Assembly: GCF_026210795.1 (NCBI RefSeq)
Contig: NC_089431.1
Coordinates: 2,728,001-2,792,000 of the forward strand
DNA: 64,000 nucleotides
Reading direction: 5' to 3'
DNA from: Rhizophagus irregularis
Lineage: Eukaryota
Of this stretch, positions 27,721 through 41,886 are shown one piece after another. The notes below the pieces were generated by a model, which was given only the letters and a program-made list of their open reading frames with translations, was not told the origin of the DNA and did no database searches. How positions within the stretch are numbered: position 1 is the first letter of the stretch; every line of letters starts with the position of its first letter. The position numbers were made by a program, and so were the translations under genes.

Positions 27721-29872
27721 TCTGATGAAGCCATACAAACTTGATTTTATGGTTTTCATAATATAAAAATTTCATCAATAACCCGGTAACCCGGCTTTTA
27801 ATTTTTTTTTTCAAAAATTTTATATGCGAAATTTTTTTTTAATTTTTAAAAAATTCTCACCCAGCATAGTAATAATATAAAAATTTTTTTTTAAGACTTA
27901 ACAAAACTGATCCGGCCGGACTATGAAAACCATTTTTACTACTTTGTGTCGCCTAATTTGCACTTCCTATATTTTTTTTTGTTGGCTATTTTACTATCAT
28001 ACTTTATAAACTTTTGATTAATTTTACTAAAATGAGGTTATTATAAATTTACAGACAATTATAAATAGTTTTTAACAAAAAATCAAAAAAAGAAAGTGAT
28101 ATAAACCTTCTTTCATATAATACTAAAGATTAAATAAAAATAAAAGAATGGAATTCTAAAATATTTTTTTAAATAAAATATGTATTTTACTATAATACTT
28201 TAATAAATAATTAAATAAATCCACTTATAGTATTATAAAAGAAATAAGTATAAAAGGAAAGCATCTATATAATCATTAGATTATAAAATTACTATTAGAT
28301 TAAAGAAATACCATTACTGTTAAATTATAAAATTACTGTTAAATTGTATTATTATCTATTATAATATAATAGGAATTAAACTAAAAAGTTGTAAAATAAA
28401 GTGTTACCAGTAAATTATAAAATTATTATATATTAAATTATATAATTAAGTTATAAAGTCACTATTAGATTATATATTTAAATTATGAAGTTACTATTAA
28501 ATTATAAAGTTATTATTAAATTAGAAGAACCATTGATTGTAAAATTACTATTAAATTATAAAATTACTTAAAATTACCTTTATAATCTAATCTAAATTAC
28601 TAGTAATTTTTTAATATAATTATATTAAAAATTACCAGTGAAGCAGTGATTATTTTTAAACTTTTTAAAATAATATTAGTATATAAAATATATTTAAATT
28701 TTATTAATAAATTTTCTAAAATTTAAATTATTTATAAACTTATAAAAATTTTAAATTCAAATTTTTTAAATTTTTAATAAATTTTATAAATATCAGGAAT
28801 TATTATTAATTAATTGGTTAAATTAATTAAATTAATTGTCTGAAATATATAAGGTTGCGAGTGAAACCTATAGTAAACACGAAACTTGACAAAACTATAT
28901 TAAAATATTAATAAAATTTTGGCAAAACTGAGGTTTAGACGTTTTGCCAAATTCAAAAACCAGTTTAGCTCCATTCTATTCAAATCATACATGTGTTATC
29001 TGTCTATATGTGTATATGATTAATAAAATCTTAGGATCAGGTATAATCTTAAATTTATTTATATGTATAATACTTTTTGTTTATATCCTCTAATTTAAAA
29101 TTTCTTAAAAAAAATTTTTATGTCCTTTAAAATTTCTTAATATTTCTTAAGTTTTTTATGCCATTCAAAAAATAACAAATAAATTTTTTAATTTCTTATA
29201 TAATTTTTACATGTTTTTTATGTTTTTTAATTTGTATTTATTTTTAAAATAAAAATCAAAATAAAAATAAATAAAAAATAAAAAAATAAACCAATTAATT
29301 TCAAAAATAGCACTGAGTTTTTAATTGTTGTGTTGTTGATTTTTTACATTTTATAGTTTATAGTTTAAATTTATGGGCATATGATTTATAATGCTTCAAA
29401 TGCATCAATGGTTACTATTTTCTAGTCAATTAACCAATTTTAAAATATTTTAATTGATTGATTTGATTTTTAACAATAATTTATTAAATTGATAATATTT
29501 TGTCTTAATATAAAAGTCTTTAGTTATATTTTTCAATAATTTAATAGTAATTATTTATTAATAATATAAATATAATTTCTTTTAATAAAAGTCTTATTTT
29601 ATTATTCCAAATAGTATATTTATTATTAAATTAAAATTTTAAACTTTCTGGTTTTTTTTTACATTAATATAAAAAGTTAATAAATCTAATATATCTAATT
29701 ACATATTTTAATACAAAAAATAAATTTATATTAAATAATATTCTATATATTTTTTAGTTTTTTTATAAGTGTTTTTAATATTTATGTTTAATTTTAAAAA
29801 TATTTTTCTTTTATAAAAAATTTCTATGCAAAAAATTTTTTTAAAGAATATAAAAATTTTAAGAAATAATTA

Positions 29873-30047
29873 CAGTCAGATCTCTAACTGCACTTTCTAT
29901 AATTGCACTCATACACCCTCTGGTTTGGTCTCAAGTTTATATGATCTCTAATTATTTTACCTCTATAAATGCACACTCTCTTAAATGTACTATTTTGAAA
30001 ATTATGCATATGGTTTCAAGGGATGTGCAATTATGGAGGTCTGACTG
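29873..30047. mobile_element. Mariner/pogo-type MITE
   Basis: TA-cagtcagatctctaactgcac ... gtgcaattatggaggtctgactg-TA. Confidence 0.75.
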
Positions 30048-30675
30048 TATTTTAAATTAATATTTTATTATCAAAAGAACATTTATTATTAAAATTATAA
30101 GTTTCAGCAAGATTTTACTATAATTTTGGCAGAATTTTGCAGTTTATCATTTATAATACTTTTTTGTTAAATTTTATTTTCACTAGAATTAGCATTATAC
30201 CAATTTGCTAAAATCTTAAAAAAAAAAATAGATTAACCATCTGTCAGCTTATAATTTATATTAAATGAAAATTATTGTTACTTTAAAATATAAAAGCGCA
30301 TCCAATTCTTTGATAAAGTAGTTTAGGCCGAGATATCACATAGAAACTAACAACCATCATTTCCTGCAACGATTTAATTTAAGTTATTTAACACGTATTA
30401 GGAAAATCAGACGTCTGGAGAAATATTGGAGTAATTTCTTCGATACTTTCCTGCATAACTTTGTTAACGTTAATCCATATATCAATTCTGTACTCGTTAA
30501 AAGCATTTTCTTCTTATGCTCTATTATTTCTATTATTTCTCAATAATTACAATATACAGTACATGGATTTCTATAGAATTGTACTTTTTTTTATTTAACA
30601 TTTGTCCAACAACATAATATAAAAAAAAAGAAACAGAAATAATAAATAAAATGTTTTAAAGAAAATATGAAATAT

Positions 30676-32030
30676 CTAGTAATTTCTAATTTGACACGAT
30701 AAATTGTCGTTTTCTAATTCTTTTGTTATTTCATTTTCTTCAGACTTGATAGTTTTATTTTTTTCGGAGTTAATACTCTTAAGAGTAGAAACTATTTCCG
30801 AAATATCTGGCCTGTCCTTTGGTTCAAATTCCCAGCATTCTATATAAAATATATAAAGATTAGATATGTATTTTACAAAAAAAATAATATACTGTTTATC
30901 TTTACTAATTTTTATACTTACTTTGATAAAGCTCAACATATTCATCGTTTGTTTCTTTAATAGGAATTTCTCTTTTACCATTTATAATGCAGATTTTTAG
31001 AACATCGTCATCAGTCTCAGATTCGAAAGGTAGTTTGCAACTTGTTAATTGCCATAATAATACCGCTAAGCTATATATATCAGATTTTTTGGTTAAATCA
31101 TACGAATGATCCTTAAGAATTTTTGGATCCATGTACCGCATTACGCCATATGGTTTTTCTTTTTTGTTGATAACCGATCCGTGTAAACGTGAACATCCAA
31201 AATCTGCTATTTTTATCGTACGTTGATGTATTAAGACATTGCTGGGATGCTAAAAAAAAAATGTATTAATTATAATAAACACAAAATTATGAAAACGAAT
31301 ATATATTAAAAAATTTATTGACTTACAAGATCCCCATGTATAATTTCATTATCATGTAGACATAAAATCGCACTTGCCATTTCATTAGCAAATTTCATTT
31401 GATCTTGCCACTTAAACGTCGTAATATTATTCTTTAAATATTTTCCTAATGTTCCACTATCTGCATATTCCAGAACGAGCGAATAATTTGGTTCATCTAA
31501 TAAATATACAATACTTTTAAGTATTTGTTGATAACATGTCTCCAGTTCCTTCAGAACGATTTGTTCCATTTGCGGGGTAAAACTAATGGCAACTATATTC
31601 TAAATTCATTATTTTACCTTTGAATTTCGTAACTCCATAAATTTTGATTATATTTGGATGCCGATTAACCATTCCCATTAAATAAACCTAAAATTAATAG
31701 AGCTATAATTTATCTACATGTCATATATTTATGTAACAAAAATTACAAAATTAAACCTCATTAATAATGATCTCTTTCATATCTCTCATAGAATCATTGC
31801 GAAATCTTTTAATAACATGTATTGTTAATGTATTCTTCCAATTTGCAGTATAAACTGTAGCAGATCCTCCAGAGCCAATAGTCACAGGAAGAATATCAAG
31901 TTCTCGAGGGTCATAATAATTTATTATTTGTGATATCTTGTCATCCAATAATATCTTTAGAGTATTTTTGGTATCACCGTCTTCGAGGTACAGCTGTTAC
32001 AATGATGTCATTGATGGCGTTTTGTTGCAT
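30676..32030 (-). CDS. Tyrosine-kinase-like protein kinase, 5 exons, apparent +1 frameshift near the start
   Basis: GSGGSA, VIK, HGDL|HPSN, DFG, YMDP, KSDIYS and CW..P..RP motifs across GT-AG introns. The ATG at 32030 is one base out of frame with the kinase. Confidence 0.8.
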
Positions 32031-32253
32031 TTAATCATAATGGGTGGTGCTATATAGTTAGCCCAGGGGTAAAAAAAAAAACCATTTTTATGGCGCAGTA
32101 TTCGGATTTTGGTGACTGTTGTCTCTTTGTGAACCCTAAATTTTTAACAATTTTTACCAGCGAAATAAAGGAATGTTTTGGTATCGAACATAAATAAAAG
32201 AAATAGAAAATTAGATATTTTCAATACTGAAATATGGCCAAAATAAATACTTG

Positions 32254-32546
32254 TTATTCCATGGGTATCAATGAATAAGTGAAATATTCACCGATGCCTT
32301 GGGGGCCCTCCCGAAGGGAGGGGTATTTATTAGATACCCATGGAATAATAGGTTTATCTCATTGTATACACCGATGGATTTTATACTCGTATGGGGCCGT
32401 TGCATACATAGTAATGGGAATCAAACACTATTAAATTATCACATGCAAACGAACATATCCGCCGATATGTTTTTTATACTTTTTTTATACCGGTGGAATA
32501 ATTTACAAAAAAATCCATCGGTGTATACATAATACTGATGGGATAA
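32254..32546 (+). mobile_element. Twin-hairpin non-coding element (Crypton-like non-autonomous candidate)
   Basis: Hairpin 32254-32348 ttattccatgggtatc..ccctccc-gaa-gggaggg..gatacccatggaataa; 5-bp spacer; hairpin 32354-32546 with tgtatacaccgatggattt / aaatccatcggtgtataca. Confidence 0.6.
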
Positions 32547-35500
32547 AAGATTATTATTCGTTCAAAACTGAATACAGTGAATACAACGACCTTTATATAA
32601 CTAACTTTTTTCTTAATTTTTTATAAGTTCGGTGTATAAAACTTAGAAGAAAGAGAAAATGAAAACAAAAAAGCGAAAGTTATGTGTAGTGGTATATAAA
32701 TATTTATGGCCGCATAATATTGCATGACCCCTTAAAAATACATAGCACTCCCTAAATTACACAGTGCTTTAATAAACATATAATTTAGGAAAATATTTTA
32801 TAATTTTGGCCAAAATTTATATCATATAAAAATTATAATTCCAATTATAAATTATGCAGTAATTCCTTACGATTAATCATAAAAAGTGACTACTCTGTAA
32901 CAGAAATGCAACGATAAAGACGAATAACGTGAATTATTGCGACCAATATTACTTATTTACGTTAACTATTCTCATCTTACACGTGGGGAGTTAGAAAGGT
33001 AATATCTTTTTAATGAGTCTGAGAATGCAGGTTTAATTAAAGTTGTATCATCCTAATACGGTTCGTATTTCCTTGTTTACAAGAAACTATCTGACTGTCC
33101 TTTCTGTTCTGAGCATTAGTTTATATAAAGAAACACAAAGCAATAATTTTAAGGATGCTATGAAGAACGTTATCTTCAGAAATCAAGACACGTAAATTAC
33201 GTGAACATTCCAAAAGAATACACTTCAGGGATATGTTCTGGTAATAATTTGATGTGATTAAAATTCTCACATTACCTGAAGTATAGTGAAACTACTAATT
33301 AATGAATTAATGAGTATAATATACAACGAAGTAAATTTATTACCTACGCTAGTTACGCTAGCCACACCGTAATTTTGAATAAAGTTAGAGTAATTAACAA
33401 CGATTCTCTTGTTATTTCTACCATGGCAAATAATTAAAAGGGATGTGAGATCTGAATTATTCATATGAAAAGATCATATTCAGCCGTAACGCCACAATCA
33501 ATGGCTGAAGTCAAGGGACGTAAAATTCACTAGAATCTTATACCACTGTAATAATGTAGTAATTGTTAGTAACAGCCAACAGGTAATTTATTAATTAATT
33601 AATTATCGTAGTAAATGTTAATAATGTAATAAATGTTAGTAATGGATAATTTATTTATTAATTAATTATCATGGTATTGCAATCCGCCCATATATGGCTC
33701 CTAAATTGATTTTTTTAAAAAATGTGATTTCGCTATTTATATATTAATTTTATAATTTTGACTCCATAGTGTTTATTATTTTTGAAATATTTATTTATAT
33801 AATTTCGGGATTATGTTTGTAATATTTTTTTTATATAAAATTTCGGGATTATTTGAAATATTTTTTATATAATTTCGGGATTATTTTTGAAATATTTTTT
33901 ATATAAAAAAATTTTAAAATAATTATAGAATTCAAATAATTTCGGATATAATTTCGGCTATTAAGTAAATATGGAAGATAATTTCGGGATTTCGGGATTT
34001 CGGCGAAACGATGAAATCGAAATCAATGTTACCATGATCGAATCGGATAACCGACGGATAAACCGCAGAAATTCGCGAGGATTTTTATAATATTGCCATG
34101 ACGGATAGACGGATTGCTTGTTTGATGCTTTGAATCCAAAAAAAAAAAATAATAATAATAAAATTTTATTAATAAATTTTAACACTACAATTTCATTAGT
34201 ACAAATCTTTAATTAATGTTGATTATCGCCGATCTTAAAAAAAAATGGTATAGGATTACTAATCTTTGAAAATTAATTGGTCAAATCTAATTTAATACGG
34301 TTAAAGTCTATTCCGCACAACAATGCTGAAAAAAAAACACAAAATGATTAACAAGACGGTTCTTTGGGGATTGATTTTACAGATTTACGATTTTATGGGT
34401 TCAACAAATTCCAAAAAAGAAGATTTACAGCATTTACATAGAGAAGGTTTTTCGATTCCAAGAACTTAATTTTGGAACTGTTTATCTTTATCATGAATCT
34501 CGAATTAGATTCACTTAGAGTGAAAAATGTATGGAAATCCTATTATTGATTTGATAAAGATTTGTAAAATTTTATTAATAATAATATCAAAAAAAAAATC
34601 CTATTGTATAAAACTGCACCTATGATTAGTTTTTGAAAAATGTTCATGCATGAATTTCAAAATAAGTTCAAGTTTATCCTGAATCGACATTAACCATTTT
34701 AAGAAATGCCGATACCAAAATATTGTAAAATAAAGAATTTAAGAAAAATTCGATAGAAATAATATTTGTTTTAACTTGTTATAAGGTAGTTTCTTCAGTT
34801 ATTGATTGAAAAAGGCTTAATTTCATGAACGTATGCTGCTTTGTTAAAGAAACTTTTATTGATAATATCATGCTTTCAACCGTAGGTTTCGCAACTTCTA
34901 AGATTGACACTTTAAAAAAAAAAATTGGGGTAAAATCGTAAAAATCATGTCATATAACTAAAAATTTATAATTATGGGAGAAATCGTAAAAATCATGACA
35001 TATATTATAAATTTATAGTAGCGAATTTCTTGAGAAAATGATATTATTTGTTATTTTTTAAGATTGACACTGTCGATATATTAAAAATTGGGGTGAACTC
35101 TAAAAATCATGCCATAACTAAAAAGTGGTATGATATCAATTCATAAAATTTAGGTTTAATTTAAGATGAATTTTCCCTGATTAGAAATGGAACTAATAAT
35201 GAATAAAGACAAGCACCATAATTTATTGGTCTAACATAATCAACAATTATCCGTATGAGTAGATTTACCAAAGCATAATATTATTTTTAGAATATCGATG
35301 GCATATGTTAGGATGATCATAATATTCTAACTAGAAAGAATAATACATTTTATATAATATTTGGCGCAGTCAAATATCTTTCAATAAAGAAAAATATAGT
35401 TTAATTTATGCATTCAAAATTGATGTCAAAAGATCTAATTATAGAGTTCATAGACAATAATTAATTAATTAAAAAAAAAAAAGATCAGAAGGTAATAAAT

Positions 35501-37018
35501 AATATATAATATATTGTAATTTTCGTAAATTTTCATAAATTTCATATTTTTTGTTATTGTTTATGGTTACATAAAATAAATATATCGATTTCATTGTAAA
35601 TACCAAATACTATGAATGTAATAATGAATATTAGATTTATATTTGTTATACATGCATTACATATATTACATATATTACATATATTACATATGTTTATTTT
35701 TTCTCTATTTTTAAAGATCTTCAAGTCTAAACCCAGGTTGGGCTTCATAAATATTTAAAAACATTTCTTGAAGAATTCTGAAATATTTTTTGAAATACGT
35801 CAAAAAATATTGTGTATTCCAATATGATTAACCAGAACAAGAAAGTGAACGACATTTTAGATCATGTTCTTTCCTATTTAGTTAGTTGATACAATTTATT
35901 TACGCTAAACATATAAAGATTTTCCCGATGATTTCATTTTCAAAAATAAATTATTAATTTTTATAATGAATGTCAAAAATTAGAAATTCCACAAGTCGAC
36001 ATTTATGATTATATTATTAAAAAATAATTATTATTTCTAAACTCATTCTAATTATAGTGTAATATGTAAGTGATCAAATTATTATGAATTATTCATGCTT
36101 CGTTTCGTTATTTTTATATATTCATTTTTAATTTTCCTTTTTTATATAACATGAGTACATGACCATATTTTACTATATTTTAAATATAATATTAATATAA
36201 TAATCAAAATTATTCCCATTTAAAAAGAATCTAACTACCATAATATTAAAATATTGTAATTCAGGGTATTGTTGATTTTGAAATCATCTTTATTTCATTG
36301 ACAAAGAGTATCAAAGAGTATAAAAGTGTTCTAAAGTCTAAAATTAAAAAAAAATTAAAGAGAAAACGATGTTCTAAATTAATGATACTCATTTGAGCTC
36401 CTAATCGAGAATTTCGTTGATGATGATCAAACGCGGCCGTGTATTACAAAAATCTCCACTCTTACTTTTCCAAATAAGGTACATAATACTACAATACTTA
36501 CTCAAGGAATAATATATAATATGTAAATGACGCAGCAAATTTTCCGACTACAAGGGTTTTTTCTGTTACACATTATCTATCAAAAAATTTTTGTTTCCCA
36601 AATATATATAACTTATTATTTTTTCTTTTGTCGTTTAGCTTTTGTTTATTTTGTTTCAAAAAAAAAATCAAATTTCTTTCCTTTATAAGATCCTTACGTT
36701 TTAAAAGAAAAAAGAAAAATTCTTTTTGAATTGTCTTTTTTGATTTTTCTCAAACAATTTAACTTGCAACTTGTTTGGGTCTATAAATAGTTATAGTAAA
36801 TAAGGATCGTAATTCATTTTTTTTTTTTATATAAAAAAAACTTCTTATCCTTTTATTTAATCATTGTAATTATTATTGTCATATATCGGGGGATATTTTT
36901 TATGGAGAGAAAAAGTTGCTGAAGAAGAGAAATTTTCTTTCTCGTATTGTACTGTATATTATAATAAATAAATATATAAAAAGTATTTTAATTAATTAAT
37001 TTTTATTAAAAAAAAAAA

Positions 37019-38849
37019 ATGGAGAATAATGCTAAACCCGCTGGCGGTGCACAGATTTGGAGGAAAGAACTTTATTCTATATTAGGGGCTTTCTCATTTC
37101 TTTACCTCTCTATAACAACTGTGTTTTTTTATATCCGAAGAAGAAGAATTGCTGATATTCGATATAGACCATTACGTCTAAACATTTTAAATGTAATAGC
37201 TTCGATTACGCTGTGCGTGATGGCTTGTTTAAGAACTGCTTTCTACCCAAATTTTCCTTGTGCATTAGTTAATTGGCCCGCATATATTGGTTTCTTCTTG
37301 TATTGTAGTTCTGTAACTTGTAGAGTTATATCATTTACTTGGATAGCAAAATATAATTTAGCAAAATTGAGATTAAGCATCGCTTATACTCCTTCATTAA
37401 ATCTTAGTAATCTTAGTAATAATAGTATTAATAATAATTTTAATAATAACTCGCCAATATCTCCGGGAATAAAAGAGAGATTAGAAAAGGATTTTCCTGG
37501 AGTTAAATTAATGAATAGATTAAAAATGTTTAAACATTTTACAACTGATAAATGGTTAACGTACTGGATTATATTTCCCACGATGCTTATGGCTTTAATT
37601 TTTGCTCTCGTGGAACAATTAACTTCTCCTAATCTTTCAATAATACCATTAAGCACTAATTGTACTCCTGCTGGAATTGAGTAAGTTATTCTTCTACGTC
37701 ATTTTACCGCGATAATGTATTTATCCACGTGACATTCGTTAATCTTAACATTTTCTCTTTTCTTTTAGATATATTCCATTACATATACTGAATGGAACAT
37801 TTCTTATACTTATAATTCCTTTTCTTATCTGTTTAATATATAATATAAAAGATGCTTATGGCCTTAGAAATGAATTAATGTTTAATTTAGTCAGTGGCGC
37901 GATCGCATATATTGGATATTTCATGATTGAATTAGTATTTCCACGATGGAAAAATTATTTTGGTAGTCTTATGCTTGCTTGGGTGACATTTATTATATGT
38001 CACACGGTATCCATCACAATACCATTAATTCAATCATTTAATAATAAAGTGTATTCCCTACCAAACTCAATAAAATCATCTAAACGTGCAATAAAAAGAA
38101 GCCTCTCTACAACAAAAAGGAATAATCAAAACAATCAAAATAATATTGTTATTGGAGATGGTAAATCTAAACGTTATTTAATGTTTGAAAAGGTTCTAGA
38201 AGATTCTGAATTATTTGAACGTTATAAAGGTAAGCAAAAAAATTATTTTACCTATTTTTTTTCTATAAATTTTTCATAATATTAATATACAATATATAAT
38301 TATATTTTTTTAGTATGTGCCGCTGCATGTTTCTGCGCAGAACTTGTAATTTTCTTACAAGAATATCAATACTTGAAAATATTGGTTGCTCATAGTTGCA
38401 CTCCATCAAATAAAGAAGTTCTTCCTCCTCCATCACCTGTACTTCACATAACAGAAACTGGTCATGTTACATTTCCTAATAATTCAGATTTATTAAATAC
38501 TTCAACTGCGACATTAGTATCACCAACATTTGTAACTACTCCTTGTACTAAATCAATAGCTGAAACTGTAACAGCTGCTTCTTGGATACCTATGCCATTT
38601 GAATTACGTACTGATTATAGTACTTTTTATGAAACATTTTTTGATTCAAATTCTGATTTAGCCATTAATTTTCCTGGTTGTTTATTAAGTGATATTAAAG
38701 AGATGGTTAAAGATGAAAAATATGAATTAACAATGTATGAAGAAGCTAGGGAAGAAGTATTAAATTTATTATATAGAAATACTTTTGAAAGATTTTTGAA
38801 AATGTATGGAATAGAAATCGAAAAAAAAGGAATATATAATAAAGGATAA
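37019..38849 (+). CDS. Seven-transmembrane protein with C-terminal RGS domain (GprK/AtRGS1-like architecture)
   Basis: Exons 37019-37680, 37769-38229 and 38314-38849 join in frame. Seven hydrophobic segments, a KDAYGLRNEL loop, and RGS-like FEKVLED..FCAELVIFLQEY..FFDSNSDLAINF..EAREEVLNLLYRNTFERFL. Confidence 0.85.
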
Positions 38850-39582
38850 TTTTAGTTAGAAAAAAATGTTTAAAGTTAGATGTTAGATTTCTTTAAGCGA
38901 AGGAAAAAAACATTGTATTATTAACCATTGTATTATTAGTTTATTACTTTATTTTTTTGTATTTATAATAATATATATATATGTATTTTAGAAGATTCAT
39001 TAAGCAGTATTTTATAATATAACCCTTCAAATAATAAGTAAATATCTTAGCAGAAACCAAATTTTCAAAAATTTTTTTTCCAATTAAAAAGCGGTAAAAT
39101 CAAATATATTTTATAAAAATTTGTCATTTTTTCATAATTTTTTTCCAATTAAAATTATCAAGCGGTAAAATCAAAAATATTTTTTAATTAAATTCTATCA
39201 TTATAATTTCAGGTTATAAAAATTTGTCATTTTTCATGATAATTTTCATTTCAATTATAAAAATTCTGTCATTTATCATGATAATTTTCAGTTTATCACC
39301 ATTTCATCGGGAATTACCGTAAAAATTATGACTATATATAAACGTGTATGCATTTTCGAATAAGTTTAAATGACACAAAATTAATTTATTAAAATGGGAA
39401 AGGTAAATATATATTAATTTTTTTGGAAATGAAATTTATTAAATGAAGTTATTTATATAAATATATATATATTCTATAATTACATTTTTTTTTATATATA
39501 TCTAATTGTTGTATTATAATTTGCATAATATGTATAATATATCATTTTTTTTTTATATTTTTTTTTACAAATGTCTCTTCAC

Positions 39583-40845
39583 TTATTTGCCGAAATGAGG
39601 TAGAGTAGTATAAAGCTTCTCTTCACTTTTTTCAATCTTTTCTTTCACTTGATTAACTATCTTTAATGCAATTCTCTTGCCTACATTTTTAGCAAGAACT
39701 TTCATTACGCTGCTACCAAGCCCCGAAGATATAAAGGAAATTCCATCTGCATAGCCCCCAACAGCCCCTTCTCTAAATCGTTCTTTTGCAACGGTTGGCT
39801 TTCCTAACGTATAATAAACACCAGAAGAGATCAATTGATATGCTGAACCAACAATAGGCACGAGGCTAACAATTTCTGATACATTCGTCTCGAAGGCTTG
39901 ACTTGAGCTGAGAACTTCTAATTTAATACCATTGTTTCCTGGTCTCAATAATGTATCTAATAAACGTTCCAAACTTTGATCTCTTTGCCTTTTTTCAGTT
40001 TGAGTGAAATCACCATTATTATTCCAAGGAAAATCGACCGGAATAATTGGATGATTTCCGAAATTTTCCTTTATTGTTTCATAGTTTTCCTCAACCCATT
40101 CCGGTTTACTATGGGTGATAATAATGTTAAAATTTACTTCTCCCCCTTTAAAAATCTTTTTAAATATCTTGAACATTTTAGCGTCTTCTTCGGTAAATCT
40201 GTCTTGCTTTTTAACGTAACATATATAATTAAGTGGAACCTGACATCTCGAAAAATAATCTCTTATCCTTTTTATGGCTTCCTTATGTGGAACACTACCA
40301 GATGATGATTCTCCCAATCCAATTGTGTCAAATACTTGAAATATTTCGTTAACGCCACTGTGTATATTAATAGTTTCTCCTTTCGCACCATTATTAACTT
40401 TGAACGCGTTATTTTGATGAATATCTCCTTGAATCAACATGTTAGCGATAGAAGACTTGCCATGTCCAGTAAGTCCAAAAAAAGCTACATTTATTCTTTC
40501 ACGTTGTACTATAATATTAATATGTTCGTTCCCAAGTTCGTAGGGAAAATATTCAGAAATATTCTTTTCTCCATCCAACTCTTCACCTTCAAGTTCTTCC
40601 TTGATACTGGCATAAAGTTGAGCATTGAGAATGTTTAACTTGTCATTTGGTTTTTCAAAAGGAATGTTAACCTTCCATAACTGAATTTCATTAGCGGACA
40701 AGTTCACAAAGTTATTGTGTTTTTTCTTCTTAATTTCTTTCTTGAGTTCTTTAATAGACTTGTTTTTTTCAATCTTAACTTTGAAAATGTTTTTTGGATT
40801 AGGATTTTCGCATTGGACCAAACAGGTAAGAGTAATAGGAGACAT
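39583..40845 (-). CDS. Crinkler N-terminal domain fused to an AIG1/MMR_HSR1-type P-loop GTPase
   Basis: CRN header ITLTCLVQ..FKVKI..ELKKEIK..LWKV..HINIIVQ; G1 GLTGHGKS, G2 T, G3 DTIG, G4-like ITH; Gly-rich hydrophobic C-terminus. Intronless, 420 aa. Confidence 0.9.
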   Translation of the reverse strand: MSPITLTCLVQCENPNPKNIFKVKIEKNKSIKELKKEIKKKKHNNFVNLSANEIQLWKVNIPFEKPNDKLNILNAQLYASIKEELEGEELDGEKNISEYFPYELGNEHINIIVQRERINVAFFGLTGHGKSSIANMLIQGDIHQNNAFKVNNGAKGETINIHSGVNEIFQVFDTIGLGESSSGSVPHKEAIKRIRDYFSRCQVPLNYICYVKKQDRFTEEDAKMFKIFKKIFKGGEVNFNIIITHSKPEWVEENYETIKENFGNHPIIPVDFPWNNNGDFTQTEKRQRDQSLERLLDTLLRPGNNGIKLEVLSSSQAFETNVSEIVSLVPIVGSAYQLISSGVYYTLGKPTVAKERFREGAVGGYADGISFISSGLGSSVMKVLAKNVGKRIALKIVNQVKEKIEKSEEKLYTTLPHFGK

Positions 40846-41579
40846 TGATGTTTTTCTAGGATTTTTTTTATCTTTTGGTTGAAGTTTTTTGGAGGGTATT
40901 TATGGAAAAAAATATTTTTTAGCTTATTAATAATAAGCGAATTGACTCTTCCATTTATGATATTGGCTAAGTAGGATCATTAAACAATAGTGGTATTGAT
41001 AGGTTTACAATGGCTGAAAATTTCCAGACAATATCCTTAAATGGACATTATTTTATAAAATTTTGAACTTTTATCATATGATTAATCGTGGCGTGTCTTT
41101 AGGACCTTATTGTTCGGGTTCTTGGCAAAGGTAGGACAGGAAGCTTGGTAAAATATGATGATTGGTTATGGTAATTTAAGAAACCCGAAGATACTTGCTA
41201 CGTATGGGTAACAAGATTATTTTTATTTGCCGTGGTGAGGCACTGAGGCTTTAAAAAAAAATTCGAGAATTTCTTATGGAAGAATATGCTTAATTTGGAC
41301 TAGGTTAGGTACTAGGAAACTTTACGATATGAAAACGTCATCAACTCAGGGTTTAAGCCAAAATTACAAGGATCAGCTGCATGTTGATCCATTGAGATGT
41401 AACAACTGGTCTAAGAATAATGGAATATACAAAAATAAAATAATAATCTAAAGAATTACTTTTTCTGTTTTTAGATATTAATGATTATAAAATCTAAGAT
41501 TAATGGTAAAACCTGATCGGCATCATGATGAATTTAATCCCCCGCAATCACGGGTCGCATCGGCTAAGTAAAAGAGGAT

Positions 41580-41886
41580 CGACTCTGACATTCTTTCTGT
41601 TTCATATTGATAATAGTTACCATTTTAGAATTGATTTTTATAATTTTTATAGTAAAGCCGCGAAATCCGAAATCCGAAATTATCTTCCGAAATTACATTT
41701 TTTTCAAAAATCAATTTATGAGTCATAGACACTCTGACATTCTGTTTTATATTGTTAATGGTTACCATTATAGAATTTGATTTTTATAATTTTTATAGTA
41801 AAGCCGTGTCTTTGTCGAAATCCGAAATCCCGAAATTATCCCGAAATTACATTTTTTTTCAAAAATCAATTTATGAGCCATAGACA
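41580..41886. repeat. Two tandem ~150-bp units of a dispersed repeat
   Basis: actctgacattct..gttaccatt..agtaaagccg..ccgaaattacattttt..aaaaatcaatttatgag.catagac occurs twice. A related inverted copy lies at ~33690-33960. Confidence 0.8.

Noticed and set aside
33150..33258. VNIPKEYTSGICS resembling a TnpB/Fanzor RuvC-II and zinc-finger start
   Set aside because: Only a ~35-codon frame, no second Cys, and no other RuvC motifs found.
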